Shown: positions 36,807 to 47,478 of the stretch, in pieces
How the letters are laid out: each line of letters begins with the position of its first letter
How positions within the stretch are numbered: position 1 is the stretch's first letter
Source: Chlamydiales bacterium
GTDB taxonomy: Bacteria > Chlamydiota > Chlamydiia > Chlamydiales > JAAZZY01
Assembly (NCBI GenBank): GCA_965206695.1
Contig: CBDBKM010000010.1
Coordinates: forward strand, 384,001 to 448,000
DNA: 64,000 nt
Reading direction: 5' to 3'
Notes under the pieces: generated by a model
The model's input: the letters and a program-made list of their open reading frames with translations, nothing else
The model's database searches: none
Told to the model about the DNA's origin: nothing
Position numbers and translations under genes: made by a program

Positions 36807-37578
36807 ACTAGTACGTACTATTCGACGTGTTATAACTTTATCTCTCTTTTTAATATATTATAATATCTTCTGGTATATCGGATTTTGTTTAACATTCCCT
36901 TTCAAGCCTCTACATCGGAAATGGAGAGTGATGGCAACTAAAGCCTTAGGGACAGGCATCCTTTTTTGTTTTGGTGCTAAGCTGCATATTAAAGGCCTCC
37001 CCCCTAAGAAACCCTTTCTTTTAGTCAGCAATCATTTAAGTTATATAGATATCTTTGTCTACTATGCCACTGCCCCCTGTACACTCATTTCAAAAATGGA
37101 AATCGGAAAATGGTTTATGGTGGGCCCTATCGCAAAAGGATTAGGTACTATTTTTATCGATAGAGGTAGTAAAAGGGATTTACTTAGGATCAATGACCTT
37201 ATCGAGAGACGCTTAAAGGAAAATAATGGTGTGATCTTCTTTCCGGAAGGAACGAGTTCTGATGGTGAAATGAAACGCTTCAAACCGTCTTTGTTTGCTT
37301 ACGCCTCTGAAAAGAAATTACCGGTATATTATTCATCCATCCAATACGAAACACTGCCCGGTGAAGGCTCTATAAAAAATGTGATTTGCTGGTGGGGCGA
37401 TATGACCCTACTCCCTCATATGTATAATCTGATGAGAATGCCTTATTTCAATGCTTATGTTGAGTTTAATCCACTTCCCATTGCGGGTGAAGATAGAAAA
37501 GAATTAGCGCATAATGTGCAAGAAGGAGTTACCAAACAGTTATCTGAAGTTAAAGTTTTTTCTTCCAAGGAAACATAG
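36787..37578 (+). CDS. PlsC-family acyltransferase, OlsA-like
   Basis: NHLSYID, FIDR, FFPEGTS; overlaps the olsB-like gene. Confidence 0.85.
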   Translation: MNFSLAKLVRTIRRVITLSLFLIYYNIFWYIGFCLTFPFKPLHRKWRVMATKALGTGILFCFGAKLHIKGLPPKKPFLLVSNHLSYIDIFVYYATAPCTLISKMEIGKWFMVGPIAKGLGTIFIDRGSKRDLLRINDLIERRLKENNGVIFFPEGTSSDGEMKRFKPSLFAYASEKKLPVYYSSIQYETLPGEGSIKNVICWWGDMTLLPHMYNLMRMPYFNAYVEFNPLPIAGEDRKELAHNVQEGVTKQLSEVKVFSSKET

Positions 37579-38128
37579 ACCGTTTCTTTATCTCAAAACC
37601 ACATCCTTTTATTAGGCCCGGCTTATGAAAATAATTCATTCGGGGCCAAAGCCTACAAACTAAAGGGCGTAGAAAATAGTGACCACATGAGCCATCCTTT
37701 TTTAAATATCTACAGCTCATGACCTTGATCCTATCTTTTTTATTTTCTATTAGAGCAAAATCTCTAAAATAAAATCCTAAAAATTCCGTATTCCAAATCT
37801 TTCGAATCATATTCAAATAGGGATAAATACCACCCTTAGTTGACCAATCCATATGAATAAAATGGCAACAATTTCCTCTTTGTTTACATTTTCCCTCCAA
37901 TTTATAGGGAGGGAGAACGACTAAATAAAGAAGTTTATACATCCAATAATCTAAAAGTACCGGAGGCAAGATCATGACTCGTACAGGCCAACGAATCCAT
38001 CCGGGAACCCTTTGGAAAGGAGCCTCTTTCTTAGGAGGTTTTGGAGTATTAGAATCTTCTAGTCCTGTGTGAGCTTTAAAATCCGGTAAATTTTGATTCT
38101 CAGAATACATCTTTAATTTAGGAGACAT
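37550..38128 (-). CDS. YkgJ-family cysteine-cluster protein
   Basis: CKQRGNCC, CRYL...SC, RPLVCRLWP. Confidence 0.75.
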   Translation of the reverse strand: MSPKLKMYSENQNLPDFKAHTGLEDSNTPKPPKKEAPFQRVPGWIRWPVRVMILPPVLLDYWMYKLLYLVVLPPYKLEGKCKQRGNCCHFIHMDWSTKGGIYPYLNMIRKIWNTEFLGFYFRDFALIENKKDRIKVMSCRYLKKDGSCGHYFLRPLVCRLWPRMNYFHKPGLIKGCGFEIKKRSMFPWKKKL

Positions 38129-38222
38129 AAAAAGGAGGGTTCATTAGTTATATGATAAAGATAAGGTAATGTGTTGGAAAAAATTTTAGCAAGTTAAAAA
38201 GGCTTAAAACGTAACTGTCGGT

Positions 38223-38645
38223 CTAGCCTGTAACCCTTCTATTGTATTGATTAATTTGTTTTGTTTCAAGTGATGGGCCGGTTTGTATTTTGAGAGCCTT
38301 TATTTGAGGTGTTAAGTTATCAAAAATATTTTTCGTATTTTCATATTGTTTTTGAATCTCGGCTGTTTGTAAGCAACACTTTGTTACTGTTGTCTTATGG
38401 ATTCCCTCTGCCGCAGCGTCTTGAAGGTTCCAGATCTCAGCTTGTAAATCAGTAAGCTGTTTTCCTAATTGATCAATTGTATGAGGAGAACCGGTTAATG
38501 TAGAATTTATCGCATCTTGATATTGAAGGGCGGTCTCCAGCTTCTCAATATCCTCTATAGATCTATCTGTATTTTTAGAGAGTTGAGAAATATTTTTTGA
38601 TAGTGTATGAAGTATAATATCACTACCTTTAGTTGTAAGAGTCAT
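38223..38645 (-). CDS. Hypothetical coiled-coil protein
   Basis: 140-aa ORF with heptad-like composition. Confidence 0.5.
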   Translation of the reverse strand: MTLTTKGSDIILHTLSKNISQLSKNTDRSIEDIEKLETALQYQDAINSTLTGSPHTIDQLGKQLTDLQAEIWNLQDAAAEGIHKTTVTKCCLQTAEIQKQYENTKNIFDNLTPQIKALKIQTGPSLETKQINQYNRRVTG

Positions 38646-38761
38646 AAAATCACCAAAATGGATAGTTTATTAAAAGGTTGTTTAATAAATCGCTTTTTTC
38701 ACTTAATAAAGTAATTATAGCAAAAATAATGTTAATTTTCAAGTTAAAATTTTAATAGTTT

Positions 38762-39043
38762 ATGAATGAATTAATCGACAAAATTAGTTTACTGTTACAC
38801 AAAGAGCTTAATGTAAGTTATTTAAAGTTATCAGATAAGAGCTCAAGACATAAAAAACATAAAAATAGAGGCAAAGGAGGCAACTATGATATGATCATCG
38901 TATCAGATATCTTTGAAAATAAATCAATTATGCAGCAACACCGCCTTATTAAATCAATTTTAAAGGATTTATTTAAAGAAGAGATTCATGCTTTAAGTAT
39001 TAAAAGCTATACGCCAAAAGAGTGGGCAAATCGGATAAGTTAG
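38762..39043 (+). CDS. bolA: BolA-family protein
   Basis: DKSSRH, IVSDIFE, QHRLI, IHALSIKSYTPKEW. Confidence 0.9.
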   Translation: MNELIDKISLLLHKELNVSYLKLSDKSSRHKKHKNRGKGGNYDMIIVSDIFENKSIMQQHRLIKSILKDLFKEEIHALSIKSYTPKEWANRIS

Positions 39044-39121
39044 CCTTTTTACTTTCCCGCAATTAGCAGTCTTTGTATGGTGGTCTTCTTTTGAACCCTC
39101 TTATTTACGAAGGAGAAGATT

Positions 39122-39460
39122 ATGAAATTACCGGCATTTGTTACCCTTCTTTATGGTCTTGTAGTGCTAATTGGTGGAATTACAGGCTATTTCATGGCCG
39201 AAAGCACCTTTTCTCTTCTAGCCGGACTAATGTTTGGAATTTTGATCTTAAATAGTTCCAGAAGAATCTTTAAGCAAGTGGATAAAGCTCATGTTTTAGC
39301 TTTATTTCAAAGCGTAGTTTTAGGAGCTTTCTTTATCTATCGGTATACGAAAACACATATGTTTTTTCCTGCCGGTATTTTAATCATATTAAGTGCTTTA
39401 ACAGCGGTTACATTACTTCTAACGTTTCCTAAGAAAACAGTTACACCTACATCTCAGTAA
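39122..39460 (+). CDS. TMEM14-family membrane protein
   Basis: YGLVVLIGGITGY, SLLAG, FFPAG. Confidence 0.8.
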   Translation: MKLPAFVTLLYGLVVLIGGITGYFMAESTFSLLAGLMFGILILNSSRRIFKQVDKAHVLALFQSVVLGAFFIYRYTKTHMFFPAGILIILSALTAVTLLLTFPKKTVTPTSQ

Positions 39461-39480
39461 ACTTAAAAAAGAATACATTT

Positions 39481-39510
39481 AAACAAGCCACTTTAAAGCG
39501 GCTTGTTTTT
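39481..39510. terminator. Intrinsic terminator
   Basis: AAACAAGCC-ACTTTAAAGC-GGCTTGTTT hairpin with T tail after the TMEM14 gene. Confidence 0.75.
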
Positions 39511-39521
39511 ATTACTTAATT

Positions 39522-40030
39522 CACCCTTTCAACATCGCACTGCGACAAATAGGAAGTATTTGAAACCGGCCCAATGCCGGTAAAGTCTATATAGTAAATT
39601 TTTGATAAAAAATATTATGGAAGGATTTTTATACCTAAAAGCTACCGGCACTTAGCCTATGAGCGAAAATATCAAATACATACTCTTCGCTACTAAAGAG
39701 CACACAAAAAATTATAAATATGATATTAATTTTGTATGAGCCGATTCACTCCAAATCAAAGAAGCACTTTTAAATTTCAGGTAAAAAAGACCCCTGATAT
39801 AGATTAACGTAATCGTTTGTGTATGCTTCTTGCACGAGATGACGGCCCGGGATTTCACTGCTCATGTTCTGCGCTTAAGCCGGTCGAACATTTATAAGTA
39901 TTTGAAGGTATTTCAATCAGAAAGAAAAACTCAGCATGATACCGAGGGAGAATCAGCCGGTAAGTTATCCAAACTGCAAACGCAAGAACGAGTAAAATAG
40001 CTTGCTCAATACACTTAATAGAAAGGTTAA
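39522..40030 (+). mobile_element. Fused remnants: IS30 left end followed by IS630 5' part
   Basis: CACCCTTTCAACATCGCACTGCGACA resembles the IS30 IR; following DNA matches 22620-22750 and 7055-7280. Confidence 0.7.
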
Positions 40031-40512
40031 AGTTTCAAAGATATATTTAAAAATTAGAAACATAAGACACGATTTCCATCATAAGCTTTCTACTCAGCCG
40101 ATACGTGAAAACCAAATGATCATAATTGAAGGGTTGTGTATAAAAAGCATGTTAAAAGATAGAAAATATGCCAAATATATATGCGACGAAGGATGGAAAC
40201 AATTTTTAACTTTTTTAAAATATAAAAGCGAGTGGTACGGGAGAAATATAGTAGAATTAGACCACTATTTTCCCGGTACACAAAAGTGTTCTGCATGCGG
40301 TCATAAACAAGAGAAGATATCCCCCGACATAAGAACTTGGGAGTACTCAAATTGTAAAATTAAGCATGACAGAGATTTTAATGCATCATATAATACATAT
40401 CCCGAAGGGCCGTCGGTAATTTAAGCCTTTGGAGATCATGTTAGACTCATTTTTTTGTTAGCCGTGGTCTGTGAATGAGGAATCCTTTCCCTTTAGGGTT
40501 GGGAGCTGTCAA
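40031..40512 (+). mobile_element. tnpB: TnpB C-terminal remnant with IS605 right end (omega-RNA region 40412-40512)
   Basis: RHDFHHKLS, IEGLCIKSM, LKYKSEWYG, CSACG, DRDFNAS; ends GGGAGCTGTCAA. Confidence 0.85.
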
Positions 40513-40520
40513 AATACATT

Positions 40521-40563
40521 TTCATCCCAATGCTAAAGCAAAGGGTTTTCTTGCTTAATTGTC
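40521..40563 (-). mobile_element. Isolated IS200/IS605 left end
   Basis: Minus strand TTAT|GACAATTAAGCAAGAAAACCCTTTGCTTTAGCATTGGGATGAA. Confidence 0.7.
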
Positions 40564-40670
40564 ATAAACAACACCGGGTTCTCTTTAAAAAATTTGCCGG
40601 AGGTCAATTAAGTGCCGGTTTGAGTACTATAGATACTCAATTATCCGGATCGATTTATTTGATGACTAAT

Positions 40671-41516
40671 TTAAAATAGCTTAAACTTGTTGAAACCCCC
40701 GGGCAAATCGGTATCAAATGTCATAAGTTTTTTCGAAACAGGATGTAACAGTTTTAGAGACTTTGCATGCAGAGCAAGCCTTCCGATTGAGTTGGTATCA
40801 GCTCCGTATTTTTCATCCCCTAAAATAGGTGTTTTATTTTCACTACAATGTGCGCGTATCTGATTTTTTCTACCTGTTTCCAGCCTAACACGAAGACATG
40901 ATATCTCATCTCTTTCATCAAGTACCTCATAATGGGTAATAGCCTTCTTTCCTATTTCCTCGTCATGAGTACTACGAACGACGAACTGACTATTTTCATG
41001 AAGATAAGATTCCCAAGTCCCTTTCTTACTAGCTAAAACGCCTTCAACAAGGGCAATGTAGATCCTATCAATCGTATGCTTTGAAAACATCTCTTTTAAA
41101 GTAACTCGCGCTTTCTCTGTCTTAGCGAATAAGATAATACCGGAAGCATCTCGATCTAGGCGATGAACAGGAAAAACTCTTGTAGGATAACAATGTTCTT
41201 TGATGAGGCCGTGTAAATGTTTTTCCTTTAAATCATTGCTGGCAACACTTAATAAGCCTCCGGGCTTATTAACTAAAATAATATGAGAATCCTCAAAAAT
41301 AATATTAAGCCTTTTAACAGTAGGTTTAACTAGATTAGCAAGTGTAATGCATTGTCCTTTTTTGACTTTTACTGAGGTTTTTTTTACGACGCGATTTTCT
41401 ACGGAGATGCGACCAAATTTTAACCACTGATTTAGGCTTCTAACAGAACTATTAGGAAATGAAGCTTTTAAAGCTTCTAAGATGGTTTGATCTTGTTGAA
41501 CTGTGGATTGAGCCAT
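40671..41516 (-). CDS. RluA/RluD-family pseudouridine synthase
   Basis: NKPGGL, VHRLDRDASG, LETGRKNQIRAH, GDEKYG. Confidence 0.93.
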   Translation of the reverse strand: MAQSTVQQDQTILEALKASFPNSSVRSLNQWLKFGRISVENRVVKKTSVKVKKGQCITLANLVKPTVKRLNIIFEDSHIILVNKPGGLLSVASNDLKEKHLHGLIKEHCYPTRVFPVHRLDRDASGIILFAKTEKARVTLKEMFSKHTIDRIYIALVEGVLASKKGTWESYLHENSQFVVRSTHDEEIGKKAITHYEVLDERDEISCLRVRLETGRKNQIRAHCSENKTPILGDEKYGADTNSIGRLALHAKSLKLLHPVSKKLMTFDTDLPGGFNKFKLF

Positions 41517-41676
41517 ATTCTTCCTACTTAAAAGAAGTCATTATAAGGGATCAAAGGCCTTAGCTCAACACAAAAAAAGAATATATAAAAGCAAATATTT
41601 AAATTTATTTGGCCTGTTTTGCTTTGCTACGATCTCTTTTTAAGAAGAATGTTATAATAAACAAACTAATAAAAAG

Positions 41677-42408
41677 CTAAAGACCTATTAAGAAAAGGTC
41701 ATTAGAGGCCGGCATACCTGTTTGCTGATCTGTTAAATTATTGAGTAGTTGAAGAGACTGCTTACCTTCTAAACCGGTTTGGCCTAATGTGGATAGAGCT
41801 TCATTTGTAATCGGGTTGAAGTTGTTTAATTGAGATGCGATGTTACTATGATGGAAGATATCTCGCCGGACACGTATCGCTATTAAAATAGAGATACCCG
41901 CTCCTCCTGTGGCATTACGAATAAAATTGAAAAAACTTAAAGCATCTTCCGGATCTTTGCCTTTAAAGGTCTTCAGGCAAAGTGTGGTTATAGGAGCTAA
42001 ATGAAGAGCAAAGCCTACTCCGATAACCATACGTGAAATAGCAATTTCTTTAAATGAAGCTTCATTTGTTAATGTTAAAAGGTGTACAAAACCAACTATA
42101 AATATAAAAAAACAAAAGGCCAAGATATGTTTTAGAGGGACGTTTCTGATTAAAAAGGGCATAATGAAAGAAAAAAGTAGGGGCATTACTCCTATACAAG
42201 CTAAAATATACCCCGCCCATATAGCTGTGTAGCCCATTGTTCCTTCCGGCCACATAGCACTTCCCATTAGGGCAGCAAAAAGCATAAGAACCCGCGACAA
42301 TGATGAGTCCCGGGCAGTAATTGTAGTGTTTTAATAGCCTAAGAGGGATTAACGGATTATCATTTGTTAGTTCCCAAATAAGAAGAAAGCAGAAAGATAT
42401 AGTTGATA
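41677..42408 (-). pseudogene. DHA2/EmrB-type MFS efflux permease, C-terminal remnant
   Basis: WELTNDNPLIPLRLL, FNFIRNATGGAG, HHSNI; frameshifted or deleted and cut by IS630. Confidence 0.75.
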
Positions 42409-43523
42409 TACACATAATTTCTGAAGAGTTGAAAATATATGTTAACTTTTTCTATACTACCGGACATGAAATATTTTTTTAGATCCAACAGAACGCGAAC
42501 GGCTTTTACAACAGCATAAGTACGAGAGAGACAAGAGGATTTGTGATCGTATTAAAGCTGTATTGTTATATGATGAAGGTTGGAGTTATAAAAAAATAGC
42601 ACACGCTTTGTTTATTACTCATGAAGCAGTACGTCAACATACATTAGACTATGAAGCAGATAGGAAGTTGGTCCCTGAAAACGGAGGTTCTTCAAGTAAA
42701 CTTAATCCGGTCTGTCGTGATATGCTGATTCATCATCTAAAAGAAAATATCTATACCTCTGCAAGAGAGATAGCCTCTCTTGTACAAAATCTATTTGAAA
42801 TAAAATACACCCCTGCCGGTATGACAGCGTGGTTAAAATCTAATGGTTTCTCTTATAAAAAACCAATGCTTGTTCCCGGAAAAGCTGACCCTTTATCTCA
42901 AGAACAATGGTTAGAATATTATCGTAAATTAAAAGCCGGTTTGTCGCATACTGAAGCTATTTATTTTATGGATGGAGTACATCCGACACATAATACAAAA
43001 CCTTCTCATGGTTGGATAAAAACGGGTATGTACCGGGCTCTTAAAACAAATAGTGCTCGTCGAAGGCTTCATATCTCAGGTGCTATTGATATTGAATCGA
43101 AGTGCCTTATATCTCAAGAAGATCAAACACTCAATGCAGATTCAACAATTTGTTTTTTAAAAAAGTTAGAACATGCTTATCCCGAAAAAAAGGCTCTCTA
43201 TCTCTTTTGTGATAATGCCGGATATTATCGTAATAGAAAAGTGCAAGATTTTTTAAAAACTTCAAAAATTTCCATGCAGTTTCTTCCTCCTTATAGTCCT
43301 AATCTTAATCCTATTGAACGCTTATGGAAGTTGATGAATGAACAGATCCTCAATAATCGATATTACGAGAAATTCGGTGATTTTAAAGATAGGATTTTGG
43401 GATTTTTAAAAAAACTCGCAAATCCACTAAACAGCTATTCAGATCTTTTAAAAAGGCGTATTACTGATAACTTTAGAGTTATAAAACCACCCCCATTTGT
43501 CAATTCTTCAGCTTAAATGGGTA
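42409..43523 (+). mobile_element. IS630 type C; transposase from ATG 42466 with a +1 T near 42480
   Basis: IRs TACACATAATTTCTGAAGAGTTGA / TCAATTCTTCAGCTTAAATGGGTA, TA flanks; FMDGVH, CDNA, YSPNLNPIERLW. Confidence 0.88.
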
Positions 43524-43525
43524 TA

Positions 43526-43731
43526 TCGTTATTATCTATATCAGAAGTGATGAACCTCTCAATATCTTGAATGAGGCTCTCTCTTTGATCTTCAGGGATA
43601 AGGGCGATAGCGTCAACGATTGTACCTTGATCATATCCGTTCATCTCGTGGGTGAAGAGGTGCCGGGCTGTGAAAGATGTTGTATTTTGATAGGCAGTGA
43701 ATTGTGATAATATATTGTTAAAAATGAACAT
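43526..43731 (-). pseudogene. Fragment of a helical (repeat-like) protein between IS630 and IS30
   Basis: TARHLFTHEMNGYDQGTIVDAIALIPEDQRESLI; cut by the IS630 end. Confidence 0.35.
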
Positions 43732-43762
43732 GCAAATAAACCTTATTTATTTTGTCTTTTCA

Positions 43763-44846
43763 CGCCCTTTCAACAATGAAGTGCAACACTTGATGCTTCC
43801 TTACTGAGACGTTAAACACCTCCTCCGGAGTTGAAAAGTCTAACATTTTTCGGGGTCTATTGTTAAGCAACTTCTCGATCTTTTTTAAATTACCTGCTGA
43901 GACTTCATCAAACCGTTTATTTTTAGGGAGATATTGTCGAACTAGTTCATTCGTATGCTCGTTCAGCCCTCTCTCCCGGGAATGATAGGGGGTAGCAAAG
44001 TAAAAACTTATCTCAAGTGATTGACTCATTTGTTCATGGTAAGCAAATTCTTTCCCGTTGTCAGCAGTTAATGTCATGACAAATTTTTGGACCGGTATTA
44101 ACCTATTTACCGGCGCATCCTTTACTTCCTCAGCGGTTTTACGCGAGACCTTTTCCGGTTTTGTTAGCTTTGAGACTCTTTCGACCATTGAGACAATGAC
44201 TCCGCTCCCTTCCGTTCCTATGATTGTATCTAGCTCTCAATCGCCTAAACGAGTTTTCTTCTCTACGATATCAGGTCTTTCAGAAATATCTATCCGTCCG
44301 GGAATACATCCTCGTCCGGCCCTATTTTTACCCCGCTTGTTATATTTCTTTCCACTATGTCTAAGGTGTTTATACAACAGGCTCCTCTTTTCTTGTCCTC
44401 CCAAACATATTTATAGATTGTCTCATGACTTACAGCTTCTTGATACCGTTTCTTCTTCAGCCATCCTGATATTTGATCGGGGGCTCCACTGCAGGCTTAA
44501 CTTCTCTTCGATAACGGCAATCATTGCACTACCCATCTTTGGGTTTTGGAGCCTCGTCTCTTTAAAGCCTTCTCTTGAACCTGTTGATACCGATATCCGC
44601 GATTTCGTTTTAGTTCGCGATAAACAGTAGATTGATCCACTTTTAACTCATTGGAAACTAGGGTGATAGGATCTCCTCTTCTTATTCAAGGTGTACAATT
44701 GGCATCTCTTGTCTTTCTTTAAGTGACGGTAGCCGTTTGGCATCTTTCCTCCTTGGTTTTCTTACGTTTACCATAGGAAGTTTTTTTACCATCTTCAGAC
44801 AAGTTTAATTTGCATCGGTTTGTTGCACTTCGATGTTGAAAGGGCG
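43763..44846 (-). mobile_element. Degenerate IS30-family element (second subtype)
   Basis: IRs CGCCCTTTCAACAATGAAGTGCAACA and TGTTGCACTTCGATGTTGAAAGGGCG; RGCIPGR, TADNGKEF; multiple stops and frameshifts. Confidence 0.85.
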
Positions 44847-45895
44847 CTCTATAGGTGTTTTAAAATTCAAACTTTTTCCGGGTCTTTCATTAAGCAGTTT
44901 TTCTATCTCTTTTACATCCTCTTGTGTCACATTATTAAAGTTTGTTTTCTTAGGCAAATACTGTCTAACTAACCCATTCGTATGTTCATTCAACCCTCTT
45001 TCCCGGGAATGATAGGGTTTAGCAAAATAAAACTCTGCTTTGAGTGTTGAACTTACTTCTTGATGCCGAGAAAACTCTAAACCATTATCTGCTGTTAATG
45101 TGTGAACTCTATCCTTAACAGGCTTTAAACAGGTAATTAAAGCATCGGCAACACCGAGGGCTTGTTTAGACTTTACCTTCATAAGCATCGTATATTTAGA
45201 AGCACGATCAACAATAGAAACAATCACTCCTTGATGATTTTTGCCTATTATCGTATCTAATTCAAAATCTCCTATTCTTGTTTTTTCATCGACAATACAA
45301 GGTCTTTTATCAATATCGACTCTATTGGGAATACAGCCTCGGCCTGCTTTATCTGAACCTCGCTTTTTATACTTCTTACCTTTGTGTCTTAAATTTTTAT
45401 ATAAATTGCCCCAATTTCGTTTATCTTTCCAAATATGACGATAAATACTTTCGTGGCTGATAAGCAGGCCTTCTTCTTCTTTCAATCGACCGGATATTTG
45501 AACAGGACTCCATTGAAGCAGTAATTTACTTTCTATCTTCATAAGTAGTTCAGGGGTCATTTTCTTTGTTTTACTGCTCGCTTTTGAACGCCTTCTTTTA
45601 GTTTTGATTTGTGCTGCAAAATAGATATATCTGCCTTCATAGCTATTTCTTTTTAACTCTCGATAAACAGTAGTTTTATTAACATTTAATTCCTGCGAAA
45701 TAGAATCAACAGAATCTCCTCTTTTTTTTAAAGTACATATTTGGCACCTTTGTTCGTAGGTTAAATGCCGGTAGCCTTTAGGCATAAAAAATCCCTCCAT
45801 AGTTTTTTTTTGCAAAAATTTACTATAGAGATTTTGCCGGCATTTGGCCATTTTCAAATTCTTCCTATTTGTTGCACTTCAATGTTGAAAGGGCG
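44847..45895 (-). mobile_element. IS30-family element, open transposase frame, 3' end replaced by the neighbouring IS30
   Basis: Near-identical to 21306-22425 up to KTPIE, then abuts the IR at 44821-44846. Confidence 0.9.
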
Positions 45896-46162
45896 GGTCT
45901 CTATATAATGAAAATTTAAAATTAAATTACTATATAGTAGATTGGGGGACATAAGATTTTTTAGCTAAAATTTTTTGAGATATGCCTAAATATTGGCGTA
46001 CCAATCGTATTAGTATGCTGATAGAGATGCCTTGCTGCCGTTTATTTAAATCACCACATTAAGGCAAATATTTCATGTAAAAGAAATTTTTCTGAATTTT
46101 TTCATAGTTATCGAGAATGGGTTTCAATTTTTCTGATAGCATTATAACGATTTTATATTTAT

Positions 46163-46209
46163 GACAATCAAGCGAGAAAATCCTTTGCTTTAGCATTGGG
46201 AGCTGTCAA
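46163..46209 (+). mobile_element. 47-bp IS605-derived mini-element (left end fused to right end)
   Basis: TTAT|GACAATCAAGCGAGAAAATCCTTTGCTTTAGCATTGGGAGCTGTCAA. Confidence 0.7.
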
Positions 46210-46236
46210 GAAATGAATTTTTAGAAATGGTATAAT

Positions 46237-47391
46237 TTAGCGCATACCCATTAAAAGCTCAAAAAGGAGCTGGTCTAACTGCTCATATGCAAAGCATCGA
46301 GAGGCCAGCTCTTTTCTATTGAAGTCTTTTTCTTTCAAGTCCTTAGCTTTTTGTGGGCTGTACGGTGATAAAGGGTCCCAAGATGGGATGTTTTTTAGTA
46401 GCTCTTGAATTTTTTTATCCTCTTTAAATAGACGTGCTTTTTCCTTAAGAACCAGATAAGAACGAATACATCCTTTAGCAAAGTCTTTCACCCCTTCAGC
46501 ATCTTCTGTTCTGTAAGCATGGGCATCGAAATGTCTTGAGCCTGAGTAGCCGCATTCTTCAAGAAATTTAACAACAAAAAAACTTTGTTTGTAATTATGT
46601 GAAGAAAAGCGAAAGTCTTGATCAAAACGTGCAAAATTTTGGTCGTTGAGATCAATATGAAACAATTTGTTCATTTCCCATGCTTGGGAAATGGCATGTA
46701 AGAAATTCAACCCGGACATATGTTCATGAGCCATTTCAGGATTCACTCCAACCATTTCCGGGTTTTCTAGAGTGGAGATAAGCGCTAGCATGCTGCCGGT
46801 CGTCGGTAAATAAATATCTCCTCGTGGTTCATTGGGTTTGGCTTCTAAAGCAAATTTAAGATTATATTCCCGGTCGTTGACATATTCGCAGAGAAAATTT
46901 AAAGCATCTCGTATACGTTGAAAGGATTCTTGAGGTTTTTTTGCAATATCGGTTTCAACCCCTTCTCTTCCTCCCCACATAACAAAGGTCTCAGCGCCCA
47001 GTTCTACTCCTAAATCTATAGCACGCATCGTTTTTTGAAGAGCATAGGCTCTGACGTTTGGGTCATTAGAAGTAAAAGCGCCATCTCTAAAACATGGATC
47101 GGTAAATAAATTAACAGTTGCCATAGGCACGATGAGACCTGTTTCATTTAATGCCTTTTTAAAACCTTGAACAATTTTATCTCTTTCGCTTTGAGAAGCA
47201 TCGATAGGGACTAGATCATTATCATGAAAGTTAACGCCATAAGCCCCGGTTTCGGCTAATAGGTGTACAATTTCTACAGAGGATATGGGAGATCGTACTT
47301 CTAAACCAAATGGATCTCTTCCCGGATTCGCTATTGTCCAAAGTCCAAAAGTAAATTTATGCTGTGGTAATGGCTTTAATGGGTCGCTCAT
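46237..47391 (-). CDS. xylA: Xylose (glucose) isomerase, short Streptomyces/Thermus-type class
   Basis: KFTFGLWT, VNFHDNDL, WGGREG, LEAKPNEPRGD, NPEMAHE, FHIDLN, FDQDF. Confidence 0.95.
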   Translation of the reverse strand: MSDPLKPLPQHKFTFGLWTIANPGRDPFGLEVRSPISSVEIVHLLAETGAYGVNFHDNDLVPIDASQSERDKIVQGFKKALNETGLIVPMATVNLFTDPCFRDGAFTSNDPNVRAYALQKTMRAIDLGVELGAETFVMWGGREGVETDIAKKPQESFQRIRDALNFLCEYVNDREYNLKFALEAKPNEPRGDIYLPTTGSMLALISTLENPEMVGVNPEMAHEHMSGLNFLHAISQAWEMNKLFHIDLNDQNFARFDQDFRFSSHNYKQSFFVVKFLEECGYSGSRHFDAHAYRTEDAEGVKDFAKGCIRSYLVLKEKARLFKEDKKIQELLKNIPSWDPLSPYSPQKAKDLKEKDFNRKELASRCFAYEQLDQLLFELLMGMR

Positions 47392-47478
47392 ATTTTGATC
47401 CTTGTAAATTGTTGGATATTTTGATAATGATAAATATCATTGTTGAAATAACGCAGTCAATAAAAAAGGAGAAACTAT

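Noticed and set aside
40002..40424. Short TnpB ORFs (also 52681-52977) as domesticated nuclease-dead regulators
   Set aside because: They lack the N-terminal half needed for RNA and TAM binding and start inside unrelated IS debris; plain truncation is simpler.
44805..44846. Novel C-terminus on the IS30 transposase
   Set aside because: It is read-through into the inverted repeat of the neighbouring IS30.
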